Source of the DNA: the human T2T-CHM13v2.0 reference genome, Homo sapiens
DNA length: 64,000 nucleotides
NCBI RefSeq assembly: GCF_009914755.1
Contig: NC_060936.1
Direction: 5' to 3' (one strand)
Below are positions 1 through 16,510 of this stretch, in pieces (within the stretch, counting starts at the first letter, position 1; each line of letters opens with the position of its first letter). Position numbers and translations under genes: made by a program. The notes beneath the pieces were generated by a model. That model ran no database searches. It worked only from the letters and a program-made list of their open reading frames with translations, and was not told where the DNA came from.

Positions 1-689
1 CCTTCCTCTAATTTACTCCTTGACCCTTACCTGGTTTCCTCTTTCAAATGCATAGTTTGATCTACTGAATTCCAGAACTTCAGCTTCCTCCTTACCTCCT
101 GACTTCCAGAAACTACAGCAGATGGACTTTGGTTTGTTGATGTTGGAACTTTGCCCAGCACTTGCCCAGATCTTTTGCCAATTGACTAACAAGATAGTGT
201 TGTTGTCACCACCCCCCACCCCAGCATGACAATTATGAACATAACCTAGAGAGATTTCTATCCCCAAAATAAGATTACAAATAAAGTTTATAACCCAAGA
301 TAAAGGTTAGAGAAAATGTACATCTGTTATTATAGTCTTTAAATCTTGGTCAAAGTGATATTTCATGTTAATATAAACATTTTAATAATTTAGATTTGCA
401 AAATGTAATAATTTAGATTTGCAAAATAAGCCAGAAATCTGGAATTTTATGTAAAAGTTTTGAGTTTAAAAAACAACAATAAGCTACCCATAATAACAAC
501 ATGAGAGAGAAACTTGATTAATAGAAAGAACCAAATTATCGAGATTTGATTACTTTAACCAACCCTCACTAGCTGCCACCAGCAAAATTAGAAAGAACTA
601 GCCAGTAGCTACCACAGAAGTTGCAAACTCAAATAAATGTCTATGAAGATAAGACAAGATCCCTATTTTGAATAAGAGTAAATGAGTGA

Positions 690-945
690 AAAGCGCTGAG
701 TAGAAGCAACAGAATGTGGTAGGGAGAGTTGGGTAACTGAAGAGTACAGGCTCTGTATGAAAGGGAAAGCTCCCGCTCATTGCTGACATGCAAGAATGTG
801 GATTCAGTGTAGACAGATCTCATTTCTCAAAATAAGCCAGAAACCTGGAATTTTATGTAAAAGTTTCAAGTTTAAAAAACTGGCTAAAATCTTTTTGAAA
901 CACTGTGCTTGCCAAATACAGCATCTTTGGAGAGCTTCATCCAGT
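690..945 (+). mobile_element. Ancient hAT-Charlie DNA transposon remnant (MER102-like)
   Basis: AAGCCAGAAACCTGGAATTTTATGT...AAACACTGTGCTTGCCAAA resembles the recalled MER102 consensus; a similar copy lies near 2.7 kb. Confidence 0.5.
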
Positions 946-1302
946 TCACTACTGTGCTCTAGCAGATATTCCTCCGGTATCCCTATTTTCTTGACTTCAA
1001 ATGCCCCCATCTGCAGAGGAGTAACTCATTAAAATATTAGTAACTTAAAGCACATTCAAAAGAGATGTGTGATGATGAGATCTGAAAGAAGAAAGAGAGA
1101 TAGAAAAAGGACAGGAGTGTTTCTTGAAAAAAAAAATTCTCACAGATTCACCTAACATAGACTTTGCATTCCTATGACCCTACTGACAGAAATGCAGATA
1201 TTCAATATGAATAGAGTAATCAACAAAGGAAGATAGAAGGTCAACAGAAAATTAATTGCTATTCTGTCAAAGGACATTTTAATTTTAAAATAGGTTTAGA
1301 AT

Positions 1303-1305
<3 letters not shown>

Positions 1306-1336
<31 letters not shown>
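1306..1336. repeat. (TG)15 microsatellite
   Basis: Seen directly. Confidence 0.95.
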
Positions 1337-1338
<2 letters not shown>

Positions 1339-2664
1339 ATTTTGTGGGGAGGAGGAAGGTGGAGAATAGCAGATTGTGGGTGATATAATTTGTAAAACTT
1401 GCTGGCCAGCCATCTCATGGTAAACAAGAAAGGAAACATTATTTGAGTTTTGGGCATGCAGCAAGATATAAAACTTAGAATCTACTCTCCAAATAAAAGC
1501 TAAGTGTGATGATTAGAACCTGCCTTTTTATTATTTTTGCCTTGATTTTATGTTAATATTCTCAGTAGTTCTCTAATTGGAAACTTTTACCCCTGAGCTA
1601 TGTATAAAACATGCTAAGTTTTGTATTTTCTTAAATATTTAAAAGTATCTGCATTAAATAGTTATCATGACTGTTTCAAATCTGTTTTCCTTCAATGCTA
1701 CCCCATCCTCTACTACCACATATATGTACCCTCTTGTTTTTTTTTTTTTTTTTAATCCTGTCTGGAAACATTTACCCAAATGTTCCTTTTTAAACAAAAT
1801 ACACAGATCTGATAAAAGGTGTCATGTTTCCCAGTCCTTTTCAAAGAACTCATATAAAAGTATAAATTATAATTTATAACCACTGACAGGGGGATCTAAT
1901 TATATTCTAGCCTTTTATGGCCATTTAGACTGCCTTTTGAACTCAATTTCCAGTAAAAAAAAAAAAAAAAAAAAGAGGAACTCTTTTATGCTATTTTTAA
2001 GACAGTGAAAATCTTTTACAAAAATGAGAAAGTGCCAATGTTAGAAAATTAATGAATTAAACAATATAGTAAGGATGTATTTTTAATTTAATCACATCTA
2101 ATACCACTAACCACAATCATTTTCAAGAGACAGATCGCTACTACCTTATCCTCTGGTTTAATTGTCAGGCCACAGAATTAACCTAAAGATTAACAGTGAA
2201 CTCTGAAGTTCACTGTAAGTCGATATAGTAAGATAGCTCATGGGTCTGCCTGCACATCATAACCAGTTTCATAGTGAAAATATTAATGTAACAAAACAGG
2301 ATACCACAAAAGGATCCCAAACTAGGGCTCTTAATTCTGATCCTCTGTTTTCCTTAGATGTGTTTTACATTAGAGATTCAAATTCACAGTATTATATCTC
2401 AGACTTTGTCTTAGGTACTAGAAATTGAGAGGTGGATAAGACCAGGTGTTACAAAGTCAAAAATTTAAAGAGTATTGGCAGGTAAATATAAATAATTGAT
2501 GTGGAAAAAAGTATAGAATATGATCCAACTTGGTCTATATTTGTTCCTTCTTAATTTTGACAAAGACATGGGGGAATATGGAAAAATATTTCTCTACTAA
2601 ACAAATGAACATAACAATTGCATTATGAATAGCAAATGGTCTCTGCCTCTATCAGGGATTTACT

Positions 2665-2902
2665 TAGCAGTGAAGGTGGCTATGGAGAAGTGGAGGGAAC
2701 ACGCTTCCTCTAAAGGGGTAACTCTCACTCAGCTCCAGTTGATGGTTGCCAGGTAGAACTTCAAGCTGCTCAATGCCAGCTGTCCTAAGTATTTTAGGAG
2801 AGCCAGGAAACCCAATTTTGATGTGAAACCCTTGCTTTTTCCATGTAGACTTTAAACTGTCTGGGCCAAACAGAGCAAAGCTTTAGGTCATGGCCTGTGG
2901 GA
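2665..2902 (+). mobile_element. Second MER102-like remnant
   Basis: CTCAGCTCCAGTTGATGGTTGCC...GAGAGCCAGGAAACC...GGGCCAAAC. Confidence 0.45.
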
Positions 2903-2961
2903 GGTAGATGAACAGCCACAAAAGATCTACATCAGACTCTTCAATCCCTCACCCTTCTGTA

Positions 2962-3132
2962 CCTCCCTGATCAAAGTGTGGTCTGTTGACCAGAGGCATG
3001 GGCATCACCTGAGAGCTTGTTAAAAATATCGAATCTCAGATCCTGCTCCAGACCTGGTGAAACACAATCTGCATTTGAACAAGCCCACACATGATTTGTA
3101 GTCTCATAATATATTTGACAAGCACCAGTCTA
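2962..3132. mobile_element. MER5-family hAT MITE
   Basis: CAAAGTGTGGTC...CATCACCTGAGAGCTTGTTAAAAAT...GAATCTCAG...AATCTGCATTT. Confidence 0.7.
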
Positions 3133-4734
3133 GGAAGGCATCTAGAGGAAGAAATTGATTTTTCTCCAAAGACCATGACTTTTAAATCTTCCCTGGTGAT
3201 TTTCTATTGTGATTTCCCATGTCCACTGTTGACTATATCGTGAATACTTGGTCCGTTTTGGAAATCAGCAAATCTTAATTCTCATGGAAGTAAATCTTTG
3301 GTACCTGCTACCAGCAGTTTCAGTAAATGATTAGTGCACACTAGCACACATATCACATGCCTCCTTTCATGCGATAGCTTTGAATATTGACTGGCATTTT
3401 CCATGTAATCCTAGAACTCTGACCCCATTCTCTTTTGCCCTTTCACCTCATCTCTGCTTTTTGATATTTCCTATATCCATGAACAAAGAGGTCTTTTCCT
3501 TGCCAGACCTTGGTTGTACTTCTGTTGGCATCAGTTTCAAGTAACTTCACAGCAGTTTGAATTGCAAGCTGGTAAGCTGTCCTAGGCTTCATACTTATCT
3601 GGCTCCTGTGGCTCCCTCTTTGACTTATTTCTCCATGAGTTGTACCTATAGTCTCTATTGGCCAATCCTGGGCTCCTATTTTGTCTTTTTTTTTTTTCTT
3701 TTTCTTTTAGGGGTGGGGATTGTTGGCAGATGTTTGTGGGAGTATATATCTGTAATATGTCTTTATTCATTGGCATGCTTGCTACCCAAAGCATTGTGAG
3801 AATTGCTACCACACTAAAGAAGCCTCAAGAGTGTGTATCTTTGTATTTACCATGGATTCTACTCTTGTTAAATGCAACTTCCAATCTCATAGTCTTTTGT
3901 TTCTTCACAGCTCTGCCTCCGAGTGGTTGGCCTCCCAGCTAAACTCACGCTGGATGACTTTAGGTCACAAGGAGTTTTCCTTTTAAGCACCTATATTTGT
4001 TTGATGATTTGCTGCTTTTTTATTTTCACTTCATTTGTTTCTTATAACCATTACAGATTATTTTTATTCACATTTTATAGAAGAAAATGAGATGATTATG
4101 GAAATTAACTACCTAGACTAATATCACACACACTTGAACAAACACTAGATTTTTGGCATTTGGTATTTTTTATATTATATCATGATTTCCGTCCCAACCA
4201 TCAGAAAGCCTCTAATAATACATTTGCATTTCATTTCTTTTTAAATATCATCGAACTTGTCAAACATTATAAGTTTTTATCACAGACTTAAGTATATTTA
4301 AAACATATTTCAAATTGGCAAAAATGTAGTATATAATACATGATCCTACTATATTTACAATAAGAGAAAATGAATAAATTTTGGAGTGAATATATAGACG
4401 CAAACAAATTGAAATAAGGTATTGAACATTTTTCAGAAAAAAATAAACTTGATGAAGATGTAGGCCACTTTAATTTAAGTAAATAATTGAAAGAATTAAA
4501 AAGTGTTCGTATTCATTCAGCAACTATTGATTGTGTCCCTTCAGTATTATTCACTGTTTTAGGCAAAGTATGTGATCAGTGGAAGATGATAAACATAGGC
4601 CTCCTGACATCATGGGTTGAGGAACACAGATAAAATCAACATAATTTCCTGTCAAAATGGTTGTCCGTTCTATAAGTAATAATCATTATAATTTTCTAAA
4701 ACGTGGACAAATATAGATGAGCTTACTATAGCTT

Positions 4735-5700
4735 TCAAGACTTTCAACTCTCACTCTAAGAAATACATTTCATAAGTCTAGAGCTGCCATAGTGATTCCT
4801 CTGATGGATCTGAGCAGAGTAAATTGAAAACCTTCTGGAAAGGATTCACCATTATAGATGTCAAAGGGCATTCGTGATTCATGAAAGGATGTCAAAATGT
4901 TAATATTAACAGGAGTTTGGAAGAAGTTGTTTCTAACTATTATGGATGACTTGAAGGGGCTCATGACCCACCATGGGAAGTAACTGCTGATGTGGTAGGA
5001 ATAGCAAGAGCAAGAGAACTGAAATCAGAAGTGGAGCCTGAAGATATGACTGACCTGCTGCAACCTCATGATAACACTTGAACAGATGAGGAGTTGCTTC
5101 TTATGGAGGAACAAAGAAAGTGGTTTCTATTCTTGAGATAGAATCTACTTTTGGTAAAGATGCTGTAAACATTGTTGAAATGACAAAAAGGATTTACAGT
5201 ATTATATAACTTAGTTGATAAAGCAGCAGCAGAGTTTGAAAGGATTGGGTCTAATTTTCAAAGAAGTTCTATTGTGGGTAAAATGCTATCCAACAGCATT
5301 GCATGCTGCAGAGAACTCTTTCATGAAAGTCAGTTGATGCAGCAAATTTCACTGTCATCTTACTTAAATTGCCACAGTCACCCCAATTTCATCAACCACC
5401 ACCCTGATCAATCGGCAGCTGTTGACCTTGAGAAAAGACTTCCAACCAGCAAGAAGATTACAATTCCCTGAAGCCTCAGATGATGGTTAGCACTGTTAAG
5501 CAATAAGGTATTTGTAATTAAGGTATGCACATTACATTTTTAGACGTAATACTCATGCACACTTAATAGACTACAGTATAGTACAAACATAACTTTTACA
5601 TGAGGTAGAAAACTAAAAATTGTGTGACTTGCTTTATTGCACTATTTGGTTTAATGTAGTGTTCTGGAATGGAACGTGCAATATCTCCAAGGTGTTCCTG
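4735..5700 (+). mobile_element. Tigger1 (pogo-like) DNA transposon, 3' part
   Basis: GATTCCTCTGATGGATCTG..AAATTGAAAACCTTCTGGAAAGGATTCACCATT and GAAGTGGAGCCTGAAGAT; ends in a TIR-like AATATCTCCAAGGTGTTCCTG followed by TA. Confidence 0.88.
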
Positions 5701-5894
5701 TATCTAAATAATAAAATGAGGCATATTTTACATGTCCGGAATTTAAAAGTTTGTATGCCTTTTTCAAAAAATAAAGCGTTAATTCACTAACTATGAGAAA
5801 CCCATCATTTAACCAACTTAATATCTATTAGTAATACATATTTCTTTTTTCCTTAATGCGCTAGCACTTTATTTATTAATCGTTTTAATTTTAG

Positions 5895-6370
<476 letters not shown>

Positions 6371-7422
6371 TGTTCTCATCTTTGTATCCATGTGTACTCA
6401 ATGCTTAGCTCCCACTCATAAGGAGGACATGCAGTCTTTTTCTGTTCCTGCATTAATTCACTTAGGATAATGGCCTCCAGATGCATCCATGTTACAACTA
6501 AGTAGATGATTTCATTATTTTTTATGGCTGCATAGTATTCCATGGCGTGTGCACATGCACACACGTATGTGTGTGTGTGTGTGTATTATATTTTCTTTAT
6601 CCAGTCTACCATTTATGGTCTTCTAAGTTGATTCCATGTCTGTTATTGTGAATAGTGCTGCGATTAACATACAAGAGCATATGTCTTTTGGTTGAATAAT
6701 TTATGTTCCTTTGGTTATATAACCAGTAATGAGATTGCTGGGTCAAATAAATGGTAGTTCTCTTTTAAGTTCTTTGAGAAATCTCCAAACTGCTTTCCAC
6801 GGGGTCACCCACCAAGAGTGTATAAGCATTTATATTCTTACCAAGAATGTATAAGCATTCCCTTTTCTCTGCAGCCTTGCTAGCATCTGTAGTTTGTTGA
6901 CTTTTTCATAATAGCCATTCTGGCTGGTTTGAGATGGTATCTTATAGTGGCCTTGATTTACATTTCTCTGATGATTAGTGAGGTGGAACATTTTTTCATG
7001 TTTGTTGGCCCCTTGTATGTCCATTTTGCGAAGTATCTGTTCATGTCCTTTGCCAACTTTTTAATGAGGTTATTTGTTGTTTGCTTTGATTAAGTTCCTT
7101 ACAGATTCTGGATATTAGGCCTTTGTTGGATGCACAGTTTGAGAATATTTTCTCCCATTTTATAGATTGCGTATTTACTCTATTGATAGTTTCTTCTGCT
7201 CTGCAGAAGCTCTTTAGTTTAAGTAGGTCCCACTTGTCAATTTTTGTTTTTGTTGCAATTGCTTTTGAGGACTTAGTCATAAATTATTTCCCAAGGCCAA
7301 TATCAAAAACTGTATTTCCTAAATTTTCTTCTAGGATTCTTAGAGTTTGAGTTCTTACAAGTATATCTTTAATCCACCTTGAGTTGATTTTTGTATATGG
7401 TGAAAGGTAGGCACAGGTTTCA

Positions 7423-7722
7423 GGCCAGGTGTGGTGGCTCACGCCTGGAATCCCAGCACTTTGAGAGGCTGAGGCGGGTGGATCACCTGAGGTTACGAGT
7501 TTGAGACCAGCCTGGCCAACATGGTGAAACCCCATCGCTACTAAAAATACAAAAATTAACCAGGCGTGGTGACAGGTGCCTGTAATCCCAGCCACTTGGG
7601 AGGCTGAGGCACGAGAATCACTTGAACGCAGGAGGCAGAGATTGCAGTGAACTGAGATCGCACCACCGCCAGCCTGGGCAACAGGGTGAGACTCTGTTTC
7701 AAAAAAAGAAAAAAAGAAAAGA
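7423..7722 (+). mobile_element. AluS-type SINE
   Basis: Full dimer GGCCAGGTGTGGTGGCTCACGCC... with A-rich tail, inserted in the L1. Confidence 0.95.
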
Positions 7723-8377
7723 AAGGTAAGGGTCCAGTTTCATTCTTCTTCGTATGGCCCATGGCTGCCTGTTGATACCAGTCTCAGCTGAGCTACTTTG
7801 GCTCCTCAAAGAGGAGGCATCTCTTCCTCATTAGTTTCTGTTTGGAGTCCCCAAATTTGCTTGGATATGCAGCTCTGAGATGCCCCAGTACTGTTTTTCC
7901 GGGTAACATGTTAGGGGTGACCTTTGGATGTAACAATAGTTGTCCACCATATGTATATGCTTAATAGTACTTGGGGAAGAAGATATAGGAATTTAATAAG
8001 TGATTTTCTCAAAATTGTCTCTACCTTTACCTCTGAAACTAGTGATATATATACATAATTTTCATATCTGACATTAAATTTTAATTATAATATGTTGTTT
8101 GCAAAAATTATCTCCTGAAACTTTAGTTGTCGAGTTATTTTATTGGTAGTGGAACATCTCTTAATTATCTCTCTTACTTAATCATCTGTAATCAGGATGC
8201 TACTTTGCCGGAAATTGGTTTCTAGACTCATTGTTTTCACTCTGTGAATTGTTCAGTTCCATCAAAGCAGGGGTTTGACTGGCTGACCAGCCATTTCATA
8301 GAAAGAACTATTTTGTTTTTTAATGTTGTGTAAACAGACCACGATTTTGAAACTGAGCCTATGAAAAATACAGTAAA

Positions 8378-10651
<2,274 letters not shown>

Positions 10652-11959
10652 GAAAAATGTGGTAAAGATTATTCCAAAAGGTAGGTGGTCGTGAAAACCA
10701 AGCTAACAGGGAACAGAAGGACACAGCAGTATTTATTAAATTTACTTCAGAACTACTGCCAGATTCACTTTAATTCTATCCTATCTTATTTTGGACTTAA
10801 GACCAAAAGTTGTTTTCATGACTTTTTAATTACACTTATGTCTACTGTAATTTTTCTTCTATACTTTATCTGTGTCAGAGTTGGTGTTTGCTTTCTGAAG
10901 TGCTGGTTGTACCATATGGTTGCTTTAATTTGAGGAAGTATCTTATTTAAAAAAAAAAAGTAAGAAAGCGATTTGAAATGAGTATGTATTCAATGCAGAA
11001 ATCAGTTATTCTCATATTTAATGCTTTGTGATAGAGAAGTCAGTATATTCTCCCCGTGGTCTCCAAATGCATTTGAATTCATCTCAAATTATTTCATTGA
11101 AAGTTCACCTTTTGTCATACAAAAATGGTAACAATGTCTTCAGGGATCTGGGGCTTTTCTAATACCAAAATCTTGGATTTTGAGATTCAAGATGAATAGA
11201 TGTATTAAAATTTATAGAATTGCTTTGGGGGAAACACAAAATATATTGCCTCTGTATTTATTACTAGCAGTATTTAAGTGGGAAAAATGCTTTTTCTTTC
11301 CTATGCATTCTTTATATCATCAGTGATTCATTTTGTTTGAAAGGAATTCTCTTTAGATTTTAGATCATTACCTTAACTTCTCTTTATAGGGAAAAAATTA
11401 CTATAAAATTTTAAAAATAGAGAGGATCTTCAAAATACATGAGTCCAGTGACCCTCACTTATAGGACTGTTGAGAATCCAGAGACTTAGTGTGATTTGTC
11501 TAAGAGTATGAATCTTTGGTGCCATAACTTACTGTATTTTTTTCCTTTTTCACATTTACTTTCAAATATATTCTGTTTATGTTTTCTTTCTACATATTAA
11601 GTTACATATTTATATCTTCTGTATTTTATGTCTAAATTTAATGCATTTCTTACTCTTGGAAGTTTTTGGAGTAAATGACAATACAACCCACAATCCAGGA
11701 ATAGTATGTTTAGCTTTTGTAATAGTAATTATCTTATTGTTTACTAAAACGTGTATTAAATATGGCTGACCAGACCCATAACAATATGAGCACAAAAATT
11801 ACTACAATAATTTACTTTTGTACATTGAGTACAGTGGAAACATTTTGAGCTAACTAGAACATTTAGATTGCTGTTAACTACTGGACATGACATGATGGCC
11901 TGCCAACTCCCATCACTTTCGTGAGTACCGTTCCCACGATCTACTGGGTAGTTAACTGT

Positions 11960-12450
11960 CACTAGACCTTGCTCCCTCTGGTCACTTCTGATTAGACAAA
12001 AGGTGAACTTCTGATCTAAGCTATACCAATTCCATTTCTTCTCCCTGAAAATTGTGGAGCATGCAGGAAAGGTAGAGAGCTATAGGCACTGGATTGATTA
12101 ACTCAGATATATAGGAGCTGAATTTGCCGCAAACTTGCAAAGAAAACCAATTTCTGTACAATGAGAGAAGAATAAAGCAGGGAAAAGCAGGGTTGAAATA
12201 CATTAGAGATAAACACAGACAGACAGACACACATCCACACACAGAAAGGCAGAGAGACAGAGAGACAAAGAAAAATGAGAGAAAGCAAACAAGCTTTTGT
12301 TCCCCAATGCTTTCCAATTAATTTCCAATTAACAGCTTATTGGAAAGAGCCAGCAGATCGCCCTTAGGAAAGACGAACCTCTGAATCTTTATAATAAATT
12401 CCATTTTCACCTAAATTTTCTTTGCATGAGTTTATGTTTATTGCAATCAG
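11960..12450 (+). mobile_element. Ancient MaLR LTR remnant (MLT1-type)
   Basis: GA-rich middle and AATAAATTCC...TTTATTGCAATC end typical of old MLT1 LTRs. Confidence 0.4.
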
Positions 12451-12599
12451 TATAAAAAACACACTGCATTTTATATTTGAATGATATATTGAGACAATCA
12501 TTAATACTGCCAGTAAAGAAAAAAAATATTGGTGGCAATGGACTAGGTTGAGGGATTAGGAAATAATGTCCAGGTATTTTAGCAGACTATTAAAACTCC

Positions 12600-12810
12600 G
12601 ACTGAGCCACACAATCTGAGTTCAAATCTCAGTGGCACCAGACACTAGTTATGTGATTTGGACATGTTTCTTGATCTCCCTTCCTTAGTAAAATGGAAAT
12701 AATAATAGTATCCACATTACAGGGATGTTGTGATAACTTAATGATTTAATTCATATAAGAGTTTGGATGAATGTCTGGCACATAGTAAATCTGTATAAGT
12801 GTTAAATATT
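12600..12810 (+). mobile_element. MIR SINE
   Basis: CTGAGTTCAAATCTCAG...GTAAAATGGAAATAATAATAGTA core. Confidence 0.75.
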
Positions 12811-14934
12811 GAACTACTAACATTTATATTGACCAGGAGTAAAACTGCTAACCCTATATAATTTTGAAGAAAATAAATATTTTACCTATATGAAATACAG
12901 TTGCCAACTTCTGTCATTACTTAATAGTTACATCTTTTGTTTTTCACTTATTTGCCACCATCCTGGTCTATCTATATGGCTTCAGTGCCCTTCAAGCAGC
13001 CCTCCCAGACTCCATTATCTCTACTTTCTAAGAAGCTATGCTGATTGTCACTCATCCGTCAAAAACTCTAAAATCTGATTTCAAATCTGACATCCTTTGT
13101 CCAGCTTGAATTTCCTGTGTGACAGGCTCATGCTAGCTACTCAATAAACAAAGGTAAATCAAAGTCTCTTACATAATGGAGTTCCAGGGTGGTGGCGAAA
13201 GCCATGTGTGAAGGAAGAGCGTGTACAAGGGCCTAGCATCAGGAGAGATGATAGCTCATTCAGGTAACATGTATGTATTCCCAAGTCTGTGTCTTTGCCA
13301 ATTTTATTCATCTATGTGGAAAGCCATTGCTTTTTGTCTTTCTACAGGTTGAACTTTGGTTGAAGTAGTTTCTAGTTGCCTCCAGGTGAGAGTTTTTGGT
13401 AACCTTCTCATGTCTCAAGATCGAGCTCAATTTCATCTCTTTTATAAAACTTACCCACTTCAGACTTCCTGATTATTTCCTTGTAATAATTAGTAACAGG
13501 TATCACTAGCTATCTCTATCACATGAATGGAAAAATGCATGAACACTTTTAGGGCAGTGATGTGCCATTTCAACCAAACGTTAACTTTAGAATAACTAAG
13601 TAGCAATGTGTTTGTGGAAGGAGAAAAGACTTTTATACAATCTTCAATATTGTATTTATCTGTTTTATATGTAGGAGTCCTCATAACAACCCTATAGAAG
13701 AGGTATCATTACACCTGATTTTTAGTTAAGAAAGCTAAGACTCCAGTACCATTTTCTAAGACTAAACACCTAAGAGCAAGCTAATTTGTCAATATATTCC
13801 ACACATATGTGATACTGAGCCAGTGAACAGGCTCAGTAAATGTTAACTCACTGCACTATTTCTTGTCTACATAACGTTACATGTGTATCACATACTTGTA
13901 AGGATGTGTGGATGTTTATCAACTTTTCTTTCTCAGAGTAAATGGCTGAATAAAATTGATGACATGCATATTAAACACAAAGTGATTGCCACAGAATTTC
14001 CTTCCATAATATTTTTGAAAGCTGGAACTAAACCACTCCCATGTAGATACTATAGAGTTGTGGTTTACAGTGGTTTTTAGCATATTTACTATATTTTATT
14101 ATTTTAAAACATAATGAGCTGTTGTATGTAAGTAGCAATCACAAATTATACGTTTATTTGTCAGCATGATGTTCCAAAACAACTTATATTCAAAACTGTT
14201 TATTTTCACATAGACTACTAATTACATATTGGAAAATAAACATAAATATTAAACTCACTGTATTGTAAATATAATATGAAGCCAAAAACATATGCCTCAA
14301 GAAAGTATTGGAGCTGACATATGGTTTATAACTTCTTGTGGGCTAAATACATTGTCCTTCACTGAAAAGCTTGGAAGTCTTTTATTCACTTATTTAAGGA
14401 ATATAAAATGGTTTCCAAATGGGCATCACTTACCAAAATGCACATAAATGTGCTTTCTAGAAGGAGAAAAAACAATGATACAGGTATTTTTAAGATAAGG
14501 TAAAGCAATTTAAAAAGAATATATCCCTGTTATTCTTTAGCTTCCAGTGTCTAGTTTTTTATGATTGTATTGATTTTGTTTTATAGTAGTGTTTGAATTT
14601 TGTACTTTTTTTCCCAAAAATATTACTCATCTAAAAAGCACATTGCTTTCTTTGATAACTGGCTTAGAGATCATTAAAATATCTGATTAATGAGTAGATT
14701 TTTTTCACTGCTTTACTATTTTCAATATGTCAGAGAAACATTCAACCCTTCTAAGAAATTTTTCTGCTTTGCATAATTTATAGATCAGATTGTTCCTTCT
14801 CTATAATAATGGCACTTAATTTTTGCCTATGAAAATAGATTGTATAGTTTGTATTTAAAGAAGTTAAAAGTCTAAGTAGTGTAATTAAAATCAAGCTATA
14901 GATTTCATAGTTCAGTAAAAGTAACATAGATGTG

Positions 14935-15145
14935 GAAATGGGCTGACTGGATCCAAATCATGACCCTTTCATTTGTCGTTTCACCCTGCTCATGCTACTT
15001 AATTTCTCTCAGCCTCAGTTTCTTCATCTGTACAGTGGGGATAATAACGTTTGCTGATAGTTTTGTGGAAGGATTAAATTAGATACTGAATATAAAGCCC
15101 CTTATATATGTCCTAGATGTTACAAGTACTCAAAATGTGGCTACC
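14935..15145 (+). mobile_element. MIR SINE
   Basis: GCCTCAGTTTCTTCATCTGTACAGTGGGGATAATA core. Confidence 0.8.
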
Positions 15146-16095
15146 GTTTTTGCTAGATTAACATTATTGGGTATAGGATTTTATAATAGTTTGATAATTA
15201 AAGATGATAATTTTTTCAACAGGAAATAAAAGTCACTATCTGTATCTTAACATATGTAGTAGAGAAACTTTCAGGAACATTTTTCTTCTCTGATCTTACT
15301 AAAACATCAGTTCAATTTGGGGAGAGCTTTGTCCATCCGGGTAACAACTGTTCCACCCTGATCAAGGGTGATCATAGTGAATACTGATAGGAAGAAGAAG
15401 CATAAGAAATACCAACTTAAAATCTTTAATTCCAAAAAAAAAGGGAAGAAAGAAAAGAAACAGTATGTTATTAGACAATTGTGGCACTGCATGCTGGTAC
15501 CACATGGAAAAAAGGCAGATTAGCTTGTTATTTATCTTTCAGGTAGAACAAGTTCTTTACTAAAATATTAGCTGATGCAACATACTTTTGTCTTTTAAAA
15601 TAAGCTACTGGATGAAGTTCAGCCACCTTTCAAATACATTGCCCATTATCTTATAAGATCCAATGGAAATAGAGAATTTAATTTATGACTTTCTTGTATA
15701 AATGCTTCTTCATGGATGCTTTATATAAAATATAATAATATCAATTTTTATGACTATTAAAGATTTTATTGAAATAGACTAGCATCAGAGTCTATAGTTA
15801 GAACATAAAATCTTAATGGTATCACAATTTACTTTAGACACACAAAATGAATGTCTAAAAATGGGTTTCATATAAATTTTTCATGGTGGGATAGATATTA
15901 GAGAACTAAGATATGTCATTATATATATGCAATCACTTAAATGCCTTTGTTGTTTTCATGTTTGAGACATCTTTACAATGTTCCTAATATTTCGATGTTA
16001 AGATTTTTAACAGAATAGCACTATTTTACTCTCAAGGCATACTTAAAATATGTCTCATAGGGAGTTTAATTAGATAGGAAATTTGGGTATTCTTA

Positions 16096-16510
16096 TGTCT
16101 ATTATTTCATTTTACATTGTTATGAAGGGTTATTTGAGACCGGGTAATTTATAAAGAAAAGAGGTTTATTTTGGCTCACAGTTCTGTAGACTGTACAGGA
16201 AGCACAGTGCCAGCATCTGCTTCTGATGAGCACCTCAGGAAGCTTCCAATCATGGTGGAAGGTGAAGGGGGAGCAGGCAGGTCACATGAGGAAAGAGGGA
16301 GCAAGAGAGAGAGGGGAGGAGGTGTCAGACTGTTTAAACAACCAATTCTTCCTTGAACTAACAGAGTTAGAATTCACTGATTACCATAGGGAGGGCACCA
16401 AGCCGTTCAGTAGGGATATGTCCCCGTGACCCAAACACTTCCCATTAGGCCCTACTTCCAGTATTGGAGATCACATTTCAACATGAGATTTGGAGGGGAC
16501 AAACACTTAT
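16096..16510 (-). mobile_element. MaLR solo LTR (MSTB-type)
   Basis: GGGTAATTTATAAAGAAAAGAGGTTTA..GGCTCACAGTTCTG...TTTCAACATGAGATTTGGAGGGGAC. Confidence 0.9.

Noticed and set aside
2193-2216. Small palindromes (10-bp arms here; 9-bp arms at 13813-13838 and 54562-54580)
   Set aside because: Too short to distinguish from chance or trivial template switching in 64 kb of AT-rich DNA.
3890-3970. Acceptor-like TTTGTTTCTTCACAG at 3910 as an exon start
   Set aside because: No convincing donor follows, and the reading frame shows no NAV3 similarity.
15530-15550. Other AG|GT juxtapositions (15542, 23722, 26642, 31886) as recursive sites
   Set aside because: Weak donor halves or short pyrimidine tracts compared with the site at 53423.
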